From contig NC_043008.1 of assembly GCF_006345805.1 (NCBI RefSeq), positions 50,220,001 to 50,284,000 of the forward strand: DNA of 64,000 bases. The letters run 5' to 3'. The notes under the pieces are model-generated. The model had not been told where the DNA came from. It made no database searches and worked only from the letters and a program-made list of their open reading frames with translations. Below, one piece after another: positions 38,610-52,320 of this stretch. Both the position numbers and the translations under genes were made by a program. Source of the DNA: Octopus sinensis. Taxonomy: Eukaryota. Numbering within the stretch: position 1 is the first letter of the stretch; each line of letters begins with the position of its first letter.

Positions 38610-40368
38610 AATATCAGAGAATTCCCAAACATCAAAAGGGGTAGATACAAATATCAGGTAGATACACACACATATATATAATGGGTAGATTACATAAGGG
38701 GTAGATACACACACATATATATATAATGTGTGTGTGTGACTGTACAAACACACTTGCACAAGAGTGAGTCAGAAAGTAATACAATTTTCATTTGCTATTT
38801 CTGATTCACCTTGTATATATATATATGTGTGTGTGTGTGGTGTGTGTGTGTGAGGCTGTGTGACCCCATATAATCAGACATCTTTGTTTATCCTATCTAC
38901 AAATAAATGCCTTGACAGAAACTTAGAAAAGCCATATTTAATAATATCCCCATCCTTAATTCTTTTTTTTTTCTTTACCTTTTTAAAGTAAATTCTTCTT
39001 CAATCGATGCACTTCAAACTCTGTTCTCTCTCTCCTTCTCAGTCTTAACACAAGTCTTTTTCTCGTCTTTAACTTTGTGACACCTCCACCTTCCCCTCCT
39101 TGGAATTGTTCATCTGGAACATAAGTGGTAAGAGTTCCTGTTGAACAGCAAAATCTGGATGTCTTGTCAGCCTTGTATGGAACTGTTAACTGTCCATCAC
39201 CAGCACCTCCCCAGCCAGTTCAGTGAATGCACCAACATGGGATTGGCTGTGATGGTTAAAATTAAACTAAGAACCTTCACTATACATGCACGTATGTATA
39301 TGTGTATATACACATATATACACACACAACATTAAAATTATGCATGAAGGATTGTACATCCTCAAAAGCTTGTTTATTACAGTTTTACAGCATCTACTAC
39401 ATAGATATCCTAAGACGTGGCATCCAGTTACATGTTGGTTCAATTGCATTCTAACTTCATCCTGGATATCAGGGTGTGTGTGCGTGTATGTATGTATATA
39501 TATATATATATATATATACACATACCATGATGTGTATATTATTTCCTATTTCTATCTATCTCTCTCTCTCTCTCTCTCTCTCAAAAACTCTACATAAATG
39601 TGTGTAGAAATCCATAGATATATATAATGCACAATTGTATGTATATGTATGTACACAAGCACATTGAAATGTGTAAGTCATCTATATATATATTATTTAA
39701 AAGCAGCAGAAATATAACAAAAGCTGTTACTCAGAGTTTCCCGTTCCCATTCGTCGGACAGTTTTGTTAACAAAACTGTCCTACGAACAGACGTAAAACT
39801 CTGAGTAACAGCTTTTATTATATTTCTGCTGCTTTTAAATAAAGCATATTACTCTTCCTCTGGTATTTGAGTACTCCTTTATTACCACCTTGTTTCACAT
39901 TTATGTGCTTACTCCAATATATGTATGTATGTATGTATATCACATACCTAAAACTGGTGTGTGTCTGGTGTAAATACATTTATATAATCACATGAAAGTA
40001 ATGTATGTGTGAGTGAGTGTACACACATTTATATGCACAGTTGCAAGTTGACGTACGTGAAGCAGTTGCTTGTATGTGTCTGTACACACATCCACATGTG
40101 TATAAATGTTCGTTTTTCATGTTCAGTGAGGTGGGGGGAGGATCAGCCTTTGTTTATTCTCCCCAATAAGCCAAAGTCCTCTCAACTTGTGAGGACCAAT
40201 GGAATGAGGAAAATGATAGTTCACTTGGAAAGCTTGATATGGGTTAGCAACAGCAAGAGCATCCAGCTATAGAAAATCTGCTTCAACTAGTTTCGTCTGG
40301 CTCTTTCTAGCATGGAAAAAAACAGATGCAAAACCCGAATGGGCAAAATATGTTTATGTATATACATA

Positions 40369-40451
<83 letters not shown>

Positions 40452-41651
40452 TATGTACATAAATGTGTGTGTATGTACACGTACCTTGTACATCATAGCC
40501 TTTGTATACACCTGCACATTAGACAGCAGCAGCTGTTATGCCTTCACATTAAATATATTTAACACCTTTGCATTGTAACACCTAACTCAAGGAGAGAGAT
40601 TCTGTAAAGTTGACAGCTTTATATGCTGTACTGTTGTGCAGTTTCTCTCTCTCTCTCTCCCCTTCATCTCAGATTTCTGCTCAAGGCATCAGACCATCTC
40701 CCTTTTCCTCCTCCTCCTCTCTCTCTAGCTATCTATCTATCTCTCCCACTCTCCCTCCATAATTACACAAGGGCTGTGCATTGCAGAAACAACAAAGTGT
40801 CAGTCAGATTTAAATGCCTTGTGCTAATGTAATTGCGATCTCCCAAGTTCGAATTTGTGCCACGGACAGCTTCGCTCCATCCTCGTCATTTGTGAAGGCC
40901 AAGTGGTCGATGAAATAAACAAACCACCGGACAAGTAATGGTTGGAAGAGGAGAAGTGGCACAAACCACAAATTATTTGATTTCAACCCATTCTGCCCTC
41001 TTCGTTCTCTCGGCTTTAAAAAAAATTTTTTTTTGTTTTCTTTTAATGTGTGTGGCCTTATATGCCAATGTTAGAAACATATACATATATGTAAATACAT
41101 AAAAAAAGGTCCTCCTCTCTCCTCTGCTCTTCAATGTTGTTATCTACATCTCTTCCATTCTTTTTCCTTCCCATCTGCTTTTGTTATCTTTTCCTAAAGC
41201 CTAAAGAAAGCTTTTATCTTTTTTTTTTTTTTTTGTACAGCATGGTTTATAAAACAACCGAAAACATCATATAATGATAATAATAATAATAATAATGTTG
41301 AGAATACTAATAATGTTGAAACTCTTTCCCATCCCCGTTTACTTCCTCTCCCCCTTTTTTTTTTGAGCAGCAATGAAAAAAGAAACACCAAGTCAGAACT
41401 GATACTTAAGGAAAAAAAAAAACTGTAACAACTGTGATACCCAATTCTATTTTCTCTTACAATTAAAAATCAATTTTTAATCTAAAAGTTTTGCTTTTTA
41501 TTTATTTATTTCATTTATTCAATTTGCAAAAGAGAAAAATTCCTCAGTTTTCTCAACCATGTGGTTTGGGGTTCAGTACCTCGGAGAAATGTCTTTTACT
41601 GTAACCCTGGAACTAACCAATGCTTCGTGAGTGAATTTGGTAGGTGGAAAC

Positions 41652-42505
41652 TTTCAGCATCAGTTTGCTTTTTGAACTCTTTCTCTCACAGGAAACCATC
41701 AAAGCGCTTGAAAAAGTGGTAGTCGGTAGGAGAAAGGTCTGGGGAAGAACTTTGTAGCCAAGTTCCCTCAACTTCTGGATCGTCAGTAGTGAAACGTGTG
41801 GTTGGGCGTTGTCATGAAGAATGAATGGTCCTCTTCTGTTGACCAGTCTGGGACGAAGGAGTAGCAGTTTTTCATTCATTGCGGCAATATGTTTCTACAA
41901 TAATGGCTTTTCCGGGTTTTAAGAAGTTATAGTGGAGGAGTCCAGCAGTAAAACAGCAAACAGTCACCGTAACGTTTGGGAAGGTTTTCAGTGCTTCGTT
42001 TTGGTCCAACCACTGCGAAGAACGTTTCTTTATTATTGTACAGAATCCACTTTTCATCGCAAGTTACAATACGGTTGAGAAATGGCTGTCTGGTTACGGA
42101 GAAGGGACAAGCAAATTTCATATCTGTATTTTCTGATTTTCATTCAAATTGTGCGTTACCCGTTTGTCAAGCTTTTTTGATTTCCCAATCAAATGCAAAT
42201 GGTTGCAGGCAGTTTTCTGGCTAACCTGAAGTTCTTTTGCCAGTTGTCAAGTGGTTTTATGTGGATCTTTCTCAGTGACAGTCTTTAATTGACTATCATC
42301 AATGACAGATGGGCATCCACTACGTTCACGATCTTCAAGGCTCAGGTCTCCACTGCGAAATCGTTTAAACCAATTTTGAGCTGACCACTCACTGGTCATT
42401 TCCCCACCAAACGTTTCATTGATATCGGGAGCAGTTTCAGCTGCTTTACGTCCTTTTTGAAGTTGAATAGCAAAATTGCTCAAATATCACACTTGACAGT
42501 TCCAT
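41652..42505 (-). pseudogene. Degenerate mariner (DD34D, Hsmar1/Mos1-like) transposase
   Basis: KGRKAAETA..IN...WFKRFRSGDLSLED..RSG.P (HTH), IVTCDEKWILY, ILHDNAQPH, PDLSPTDYHFF; multiple frameshifts and stops. Confidence 0.9.
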
Positions 42506-44135
42506 TTCAGATGATTGTAACCACGACGAAAAAAATATCAATGCTAATTTATGATGCATTTGGGCATCAGAAGATTGCAAAAAAATTTTAAACTTTGCAA
42601 AAATCGGTGCAAATTTTTCATAGTTCAAAACGTTTACTTTTTACTTACCTTGATAGTTACATTGCCATTGCTAACAGAAGACCTTTTGAGTGTTTATATA
42701 ATTAAATAAGTATCACCCTCATGAAAATTGGAATCCCTATGAAGGACAATCACGAGGTTAATATAATGTATGATATAATATAAAAAAACAAAGAACAACC
42801 CTTCAAGAATGAAGGACAACTTCAAAGAACGCAAATAGAAAACAAAATGTTTCACAAGATTATCAAACATATACCGCCATCATCAGCTCCATAATGGATA
42901 TTAGTTGCAACACTTGGACAGTATTATTCGATCCGGTGGAGCCAACAGTGTTAAAAGTATAAGCGCACATTTGAAGAATTACTGAACTTTATAGACACTA
43001 ACGAATTAAACATATTGAACTTTGTCGGAAACTCGTCAATAATATGTAAAACTAATCATAACATAAGGAATGACTAACCAAAAACTTCAAATATAGATTA
43101 AAGAATATAGATCAATAGACATTACTATTCTTACAATTTATATAAGTTACAAACTCAAAAGCATAATTAAAACAAACCAAGTATAAAGCTTCAATCATCG
43201 TAAAACGATGCAAAATGGGTATAAACCAGTAAAGATCAATATTTATTGGATACAGGAAATAGATTTCACCTCAATAGAAAAAATATTTTAAGTTAAAACA
43301 TGAATAATATATGATTTACTAAAATACCCAAATCGTAACGAAAATACACCCTAACATACTTGAAATATGAAAATATAATTAATATGATCTAAATACAAAC
43401 CAAAGAAATAACAGCATTTAACTGTCAGGTGTTAATTACCTTCAATGTGAGAATAAACCAGTGTGGACCTATAATTGTTAAATAAGCTTTAATAATGAAG
43501 AATAGATTTAAACCAATATTTTCATCTAAAAACATGTAATCTATAGTTGATTGAAATAAATATATCGTAATATTCATTACATAAAATAACGCAACACAAC
43601 GTGCTGCAAAGGAATTAACAAAAGCACAGACTTAATTCTGCTTAACCGTGCTTACAGCCAAAAGATCATCATTAATCTATGAACAGAAGTTCATAATTAT
43701 TTCCTAACAGAAGTAATGTACACAATAATACATAATATATCACAAACTGTCAATCAACAACATCGCCTTGAAATCAAAGCTATTTATTCTATAGTTCTTT
43801 GCTCAGTAGTAAACTAGAAATTATTCTGCATTTTCTCCAATTTTCACATTGTCTCCCCAAGCAACAGTTAAAACATTTAACTAGCATTTTCTTTAGTGTA
43901 ACATTGTTTCATCATCATCATCGTTTAATGTCCACTTTCCATGCTAGCATGGGTTGGACGATTTTGACTGAGGTCTGTCGAACCAGGCTCCAATCTTGAT
44001 CTGGCAGAGTTTCTACAGCTGGATGCCCTTCCTAACGTCAACCACTCCAAGAATGTAGTGGGTGCTTTTTACTTGCCACTGGCACGGGGCCAGTCATTGT
44101 TTATCTATATGTATCATTAACCTTTTAATTCTTTC

Positions 44136-44520
44136 TCAAAACCCACCAACTTCATTGGTAATCTTTCTGTGTCTAATAAGTTGACTAGAAAACATCTTAC
44201 ACCCTACCCTTATAGGAATTCTATTTAGTGTCCAGGGTAAGGATGCGGTATGAAAATGAAAGCCATCAGTTTTATCATAAATACTAGTCAACTTTTTTAT
44301 CCTCACAAACCACCTTGACAGCAAAATGCTTCATCTAACATGCCACCATTTCATTAGCTAAATGATTAAGCTAAAATCATCAAGATAAATGTAAATGAAG
44401 ACAAAAGTACATCAGCTAAAAACGGTTGCAATTAGCACCCATCGGAATACCCTTAATTTGTTCAAATATTCTTTCCATTAACGACATATACCTCAGTAAC
44501 ATGGATACCTCTAGCTATAT
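44136..44520 (-). mobile_element. Penelope-like RT fragment
   Basis: QIKGIPMGANC and YDKTDGFHF...SQLIRH motifs. Confidence 0.75.
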
Positions 44521-44989
44521 AATTCCCTTCGGAAAACAAATAATTTCTAATTGACCAAAATTGTTATATTTAGTATTGACTAAACATTTTCCAAAGACAG
44601 TAAATACTATGGAATTTTTAATAGACACAGGATTAGATTAGCTTTGTGTAATAACAAAAATCTAGCACAAATTATAGCAGCACACAACGCTCGTAATTTT
44701 CAAATGAACAATAGCAATATTAACCAGAATTATAATTATAGATCAATAAATAACAACAATGTCAATATGAGAGGACAAGCTGTAAGTAACACATCTAGGT
44801 ATCAACCAATGAAATTGAAGAGACCCAAGGGAACTCCACAACCTGGAAGTAGAAGATGTGAATCCTAAAAAGCAAAGTACTCAGAATGTTGTCTGTGGAA
44901 AGGACTAATAACTTAGAAGATAGACAGGAGAATATAGAAATCACATCTAGAGTAGGTGACATAGATACTAGTGATAGAAGTAGTAGAAC

Positions 44990-45400
44990 TATTAAATGCG
45001 ATTGTGCAAGGAACAGGGTTTGTTTGCTTAACTCTAAATGTAGGCATAAAAATATCGTATACAGATGTAAGATTACCACAGAGAATAGAGAGTATTTCTA
45101 TATAGGAGCTAGCTCATGTTATATTAAGCAGATACTTGCCAATCGTTTAAGTTTGTTTAGAAATAGAGACAAAGTAAATACAAGTCTTAGTAAGTTAATT
45201 TGGACACTAAAAGCTAGTAATGAAGAATTTTTTTATTGCTTGGGAAATAATTGGTAAAGCAAAATCTTATAGAATAGACGATAATAATTGTGACCCTTGT
45301 GTGGAAGAAATGTACCAAATTTTCATGTCTAAGTTTACTCTTATAAACACTAGACTGGAACAGCTATGAAATGTTCACACTGGATAAAATGTACGTCTAA
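44990..45400 (+). mobile_element. Penelope-like GIY-YIG endonuclease relic
   Basis: CDC...C.L...C...IVY...YIG...TSLSKLIW.LK...C..C.EE...C.H. Confidence 0.8.
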
Positions 45401-45479
45401 ATGATTTAAAGAAACATAACTTCACATCTATAGTAATTATACTAGTTAAAATAATGATTGTGATAATTAATGTTGAATG

Positions 45480-45590
45480 CCTCATCACTATACTTAAAAT
45501 TCAAAAGATGATTGTTATATTTAAATTGCAATTTTCCTTCCACAACTCCGATATAACGTTTGATATTTGTATGACCATTTTGTGTGTGTG
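45480..45590 (-). mobile_element. Second GIY-YIG fragment in the opposite orientation
   Basis: YIGVVEGKLQFKYNNHLLNF. Confidence 0.55.
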
Positions 45591-46959
45591 TACTCATGTC
45601 TATCTTCATGGAGGTGGGTGAAATAGAGAGAAGAATGAGCAAAGTACTAGTTTAAAAAGTCACCCAACAAGACATAATTTGCATCTGAGGTGCAACACAA
45701 TTGTACAGCATCTCACCTTTGAAGTACAGATACAGGATGAGTCGAAACAAATGTAGTGGATTTGAATAAAGAATCTTGTGAATCCTATTTTCTATCTCTG
45801 ATCTGTTTGTAAGTATATCATCATCATCGTCATTTAACGTCTGTTGTCCATGCTGGCATGGGTTGGATGGTTTGACTAGCGCTGGTAAGCTGATGGGCTG
45901 CATCAAACTCCAGTCCGATTTGACATAGTTTTCTATGGCTGGATGCCCCTCCTAACGCCAACCACTCCGAGAATGTAATGAGTGTTCTTACATGCCACCA
46001 GCACAGGTGCCAGTTGTGTGGCACCAGTATCTACGACAACTCCGATTTCACATTGCTTGATACACACACACACACACACACACACACGGCTACATGAATG
46101 GATGGATGGATGGATGGGTGGGTGGGTGGGTGGGTGGATGGATGGACGGACAGACACACGGACAGATAGGTAGGTAGGTAGGCAGATAATTATGCAACAC
46201 AGATCAATACACATGCATCAATATGCATGCATAAATGCAAGGAGTTGAGGGGTGGGGGAGGAAGATAAGGAGCTGAATTATAATGATGCTGACTGGTAAT
46301 GGTGGTGGTGGTGGTGGTGGTGTTGGCAATGGTTGTGATAGTGGTGGATGTTATGAGTGGTGATCATCGTGGTGGTGGGGATTGTGGCAGCAGCAATGGT
46401 GGTAGTGGTGGCAATTGTGGTGGTGGAGGTAGTGATGGCAATGGTTGTGGTAGTGGTGGTGGTGGTGGTGGTGGTTGTATTGGTGGTTGCAGGCATGGTT
46501 CTCATTATGATAACACTAATGTGAATGAAACAATGAAACGAGGTTCATAAAATGACCATAACAAGAAGAACAAGAATAATTTATAACAATAAATATTATC
46601 AATATTATCAATTATAATTATAGCAATAATGATAATAATAATTATAGCAACAAGAAGAAGAAGAATAAGGAAATGGGAGGGGAGGGGACAAAAGAGGAAA
46701 GCGAGGAGGGACGGAGGGGAGGAAGGAAAGAAGAAGAAGAAGAATGTTTTCCTTTTCTGATATCTTTATAATTTTTATATATTTCTTTCTGTTTAATGAA
46801 GTGTTTGACAAAAGATAACAAATAAGAAAAAAAAAGACACAGAAAAGAAGAGAGTTTGATAAAAGATAGATTGAGAAAGTGAAAGAGATAGAGAGGGGGG
46901 GGGGCAAACAGACAAGCAGACTGACAGACAGACAGACATGCTGTCGATGTACAGAGAGA

Positions 46960-47313
46960 GGGTGTGTGCTGGAGTGGGGGAGTTAAAACCAGAATTTGGA
47001 GATGTCTTGTAAACAGAGTTGTTTGACTGGCCACAGTCTGTCAATAGACAACAAAGGGAGAAAATACTGTCTCCTGGAAACATTAGATAATGTTTTATCA
47101 TTGGTGACTGTAACAGGAGCTGACACTCTCACATGCATGCGTACGTGTATGTGGACCGTGCATACATATATACATGTAAACTCTCTCTCTCTATATATAT
47201 ATACACACACACACACATGTGTATAAATATATATATATATATACACACACGCATATGTATATATATATATACACAAACACACACATATGTGTGTATATAT
47301 ATATATAATGTAC

Positions 47314-47358
<45 letters not shown>

Positions 47359-47391
47359 CATACACACACACATATATATATATATACATAC

Positions 47392-47463
<72 letters not shown>

Positions 47464-47540
47464 GCACATACATATGTAGAAACATATATATACATAGATA
47501 CAAACATAGATGCATACATAGATACATACACACATATGAG
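46960..47540. repeat. Low-complexity block with (TA)n/(CA)n compound microsatellite
   Basis: direct inspection; source of the IYIY-rich ORFs. Confidence 0.85.
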
Positions 47541-47629
47541 GGAGCTCTGAAAAGTTCCTGGATTTGGGTAAAAAGAAATACAGGAGGCATCTTGTGGAGT
47601 GGACTATGTGACCATTTCCCAAAGAGACC

Positions 47630-47860
47630 TATTTCTTTACTACCCACAAGGGGCTAAACACACAGAGAGGACAAACAAGGACAGACAAACGGATTAAGTC
47701 GATTATATCGATCCCTGTGCATAACTGGTACTTATTTAATCGACCCCGAAAGAATGAAAGGCAAAGTCGACCTCGGCAGAATTTGAACTCAGAACGTAAC
47801 GGCAGATGTAATACCACAAAGCATTTCACCCGGCATGCTAACGTTTCTGCCAGCTCTCCA
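47630..47860 (-). mobile_element. SINE family B (gttctgagttcaaattccgccgaggtcgac...)
   Basis: same family at 1-40 (tail), 21790-22150, 31005, 36230-36800, 50990-51362 (two tandem copies), 54620 and 59590. Confidence 0.75.
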
Positions 47861-47869
47861 CCTTCTGCC

Positions 47870-50440
47870 GGATGTTTACTTGATCAGATCACTCAGAGGA
47901 GCAGATTGTTGGTTGGATCACAGGATAATCAGGAGCATCATATCCTTGGAGTTTACAGCAAAACAACCGATGCACAAAACTAAACCTGTAAAGAGATTCA
48001 ATGTATCTGTACATAAAGCAAAGCAAAAGTGCACTGGTGAACTTGGACAAACCCTGGACAACGCTCTGGACTGCATGACAGATAAAATTCTGAGTATCAA
48101 ACAATACTGGGAGATCTTGAAGCAACTTACATGAGAGAGCTTCTGACAACTGAGTTTTTTGGCTTTGCCAAGAGCAAGCGTCAAGGCTAGTTTGATGAGA
48201 ACATCAGAACATTGCAGAACTCATTGACATTATTTACTCTGCTGCTCATAATCTTTACATCTCAGCCATTTTATCAGCAGGAACTAAGATCAGGTACCAT
48301 TTGGCCAAACACACCCAGACAACCCAGGTACCATTTGGCCAAACACACCCAGACAACCAGACTAAGAACCATGAGGAACCTATAACAGGAGAACAAAGCA
48401 TCTGAACTACAGGAAGCTGCTGATAAACATCACATGAAGACTATCTGCAAGAGTCTCAAGGCAATCCGTGGTCCCAAGTCTAGTAGAATTGCATTGTATG
48501 GCATCCAGCTTCAAACACACAAGGATGATATCCTCTCCATTGAGTGGAACTCTTCAACACAGTCCTAAAGTAAGTGTCAACAGTAAATGATGACATCACT
48601 GACCCTGGCCACAACACACTGTCTTGGATCAGCTTGGTTTGGGAACATCTCTGTCAGAAGTGACAAAGGCCATAAAACAGCCTTCCTCCAAGAAACAACT
48701 AAACTTTGACAGCATACCAGATGAGATATGGTATGGTGGAACTCACCTGGTTAAAAACTCACCAAGCTTTTCCAGAACATATGGGGCCAAGGTGTTGTCC
48801 CGTATGACTACAAAGATGCCTTCATAGTTCATCTAGACAAGTGAAAAGGCAACAAGTTGTGACAACCATTGTGGCATATCACTTCTCTTCACTGCTAGCA
48901 AAATACTCCCCAAAGTCAGGTTCAACAGGATCATTCTTCACTTTGTGGACACGGTGTGTTCTGAATCACAATGTGGTTTCCATGATGGTTGAGAAACAAT
49001 TGATATGGTATTCACTACATGTCAAGGCTAGAAGAAGGTCAAATATTAGAAGCAGGACCTGTATATGGTCTTTGTTGATTTCACAAAAGCTTTTAATATG
49101 GTAAACTATGACACCCTCTGGAAAGGCCTGCTCAGGTTTGTGTACCGAACATGATGATCAGAGTAATAAGATCATTCCACAATGACAGCCTCTGTGATGA
49201 AAGGTTCAGCTTCTGAGGAATTCCCTGTAAAGAATGGAACCAAGTAGTGCCATGTAACGCCCTCTGTTTTGTTTGTAATCTACTTCTCAGCCATGCTGCG
49301 AGTCACATTCAGAGATGTTGACAAAGGTGTGAATTTCCAGTTTAGGACAGTGGTTGGCAATATTTCAATCCGTAATGCCTCAGAGCTAGAATTAAAGTCA
49401 GAGAGCAACTTCCGTGAGAGTTTCTATTTGCAGACAACTGTGAACTGATAGAAATTTCTCTATGGGATATCCAAGTACTGGATAACTGTACTACTAATGT
49501 TGACAAATCCTTCCACTTAACAATCAGTGGATGAAGACTGAAGTCTGGCACCAGCTAGCACCTGGATACCCAAAACAGGATCTTATTGTCATAGCAGACC
49601 ATGCCTTCTAAATGTTGTACTTGCATGGAACATCCTATCAAGCAATGCCCAACTGGAGCAAGAGATCACCCAGTGATTGACAAAGGCAAGCTCAGTTTTT
49701 GGTAAACTCCATCACAGACTGTGGAGAGATCATGGCCTTGCCTGTCAACAAAAATCAAAATGTACCAAGCAATAGTACTTATCTCTCTCTTATAAGGTTG
49801 TAAAACATGAACTCTCTACTGGCACCAAATTGAATGGTTACTTATTCCATCTCCAATTCCATTGATCAGTTTGCAATCTCAGTTGGCAGGATAAAGTCCC
49901 CAACAGAGATTCTTGCAAGATGTGACATTCTAGGTAGAGAGAGTCTTCTTCTCAAAGTGCAATTGAGGCTGGTTAACCATATGGTATACATAGAAGACAC
50001 TGGCTTACTTAAATCCCTCTTCTATGGTCTGTCTGCTTAAACCTGATGCCAGGCACCATGGTTACCCATGGTTCCATTATAAGAACACTCTAAAGATCTG
50101 CTTGAAAACTTGCAAGATAAACCTGAAATAAGAATCAGAAGCATTGAATAGAGTTCAGTGGAGAAGTTCTCTCTGCCAAGACACCAACTTTGAGACAGCT
50201 AGGATCAACAGCCTGAAGAAGACAAGAGTTCAACATAGAGCTAGATCCAATCTACCTTCAAATGATAGAGACTTCTACTGCAACATCCATTTCTGGATCT
50301 GCAAATCTTAGATACATCTGGGTTGCTACATAAGATGATACAGCAAAACATCGGCCCAAGAACATTGTGCAGTAGTGTCTTGTTGAACATCAAACCAATG
50401 TGAGTCCAATAATATTCATTGACAATCATAAATACAAGGA
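47870..50440 (+). mobile_element. 5'-truncated degenerate RTE-clade LINE (endonuclease end plus RT)
   Basis: GADCWLDHRII, DNHCGISLLSLLAK, DLYMVFVDFTKAFN, GSASEEFPVKNG, KASSVFGKLHHRLW motifs across frameshifts. Confidence 0.88.
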
Positions 50441-51769
50441 ATTTGCACAAATGATAAAAGCTTGGAAAACGTTACAAAGATAATGACTGAATGTTGAACC
50501 CTCATCAGCTGTGTACCACAAGATTATAGCAGTTTCAATACTTCACATATATATATATAAGACTGTATGTGTTAAAGTTCCAAGTAGATTATCACAATCC
50601 ACTCAGGTTCCAGTATAGTGGTTAGCTGACTGTTGCACATAGCAGTATAATTAGTTATGATATACACTACTACCACCACCACCACCACCACCACCACCAC
50701 TTAATGCCTGTTTTCCATGCTGGCATGGGTTAGATGGTTTGACAGGAGCTGGCAAGGCCAAGAGCTGAATCAGGTTCCATAATCTTTTTCTTTTGGCTTG
50801 GTTTCAACAGCTCAATATCCTTCCAAATGCCAACCACTTTACAGAGTGTACCGGGTGCTTTTTACATGGTACCATCACCTGTGCATCTTACGTGGCACAA
50901 GCACCAGTGCTGTTTGCATAGTATCAGCACCAGTGCCCTTCATGGACAAGTATTACCAAGGTGGTTTTAAGATATTAATTCTTATTTCTTTATTGCCCAC
51001 AGGGGGATAAACATAGAGGGAACAAACAAGGACATTAAGTCGATTACATCGACCCCAGTGCGTAACTGGTACTTAATTTATCGACCCGAAAGGATGAAAG
51101 GCAAAGTCGACCTCGGCGGAATTTGAACTCAGAACATAACAGCAGACGAAATACCTATTTCTTTACTACACAGAGAGGATAAACAAGGACAGACAAACGG
51201 ATTAAGTCGATTATATCGACCCCAGTGTGTAACTAGTACTTATTTAATTGACCCCGAAAGGATGAAAGGCAAAGTGGACCTCGGCGGAATTTGAACTCAG
51301 AACGTAACGACAGACGAAATACCGCTAAGCATTTCGCCCGGCGTGCTAACGAGTCTGCCAGGATATTAATTCTGTTTTGTTCAGTTGTGGTGGACAGGAG
51401 ACGCACAGCGAGGTAACTATTAGATCTCTGCAACAGAATGCAATAAAGCGTTCTGTGGATGATCCATGGCAGTTAGGCATCCAAATATATTTGGGGCATC
51501 CAATGCTGAGTTCCAGAGAACTGCAATGGTGAAACCTATGTATAGGAACTAATTATACTGGGTGTTTCTCACGATATATATGTGCATGCATGTGTGTATG
51601 TGTGCATGCGTTAACTACAGAATATTACATCAACAGATTTGTGAATGTCAGGGTAAAACCATTGCACAACAGATTAACACACCCACCTTTCCTTCCTCCC
51701 ACCCAGACACTCGGTCCTCCCTAAAATTCTCTCCCCACCCCAGACACACACACACACAACACACACCCT

Positions 51770-52129
51770 CTCTCTTTCTCTCTGTCTGTCTGTCTTTCTG
51801 TCTACCTATATGTCTCTGTCTGCCTCTCTCTCTCCTCTTTCCTACTCACTATCATGCACACCCTGTATATCCCACTATATCTATCACTTCTGTTTGTCTG
51901 TCTGTCTGTCTCTCTCTTTATCTCTCATTCTCTCTCTCTTCATCTATCTCTCTATCTATCTATTTTTCTGTCTCTCTCTCTTTCTGTCTCTTCCGCTCTC
52001 TCTTTCTTTGACTATCTTTTTCTTCTTCTTCCCCTCTCTTCCCCTTTCTCTCTCTTTCTCTCTCTCTCTGTCTCCATCTTTACCCCCTCTCTGTCTCTTC
52101 GTTTCTTACTTTCTTTGACTCTATCTCTT

Positions 52130-52176
<47 letters not shown>

Positions 52177-52320
52177 TCTCTCTCTCTCTCTCTCTCTTCC
52201 TCTTTTCCTACTCACTATCATGCACAGCCTCTATATCTCTCTATATTTATTGCTTTTCTCTCTCTCTTTCTTTGACACACACTCTTTCTCTCTCTCTCTC
52301 TCTCTCTCCTCCACACTCTT
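51770..52320. repeat. (TC)n-rich polypyrimidine tract
   Basis: direct inspection. Confidence 0.9.

Noticed and set aside
46278-46550. Gly-rich and Thr-rich ORFs
   Set aside because: (GGT)n low-complexity DNA with no splice or homology support
46983-47657. ORFs of 143-182 aa rich in I/Y/H/T
   Set aside because: Translation of (TA)n/(CA)n microsatellite
48291-48358. 34-bp tandem duplication
   Set aside because: Post-insertion slippage inside a dead LINE
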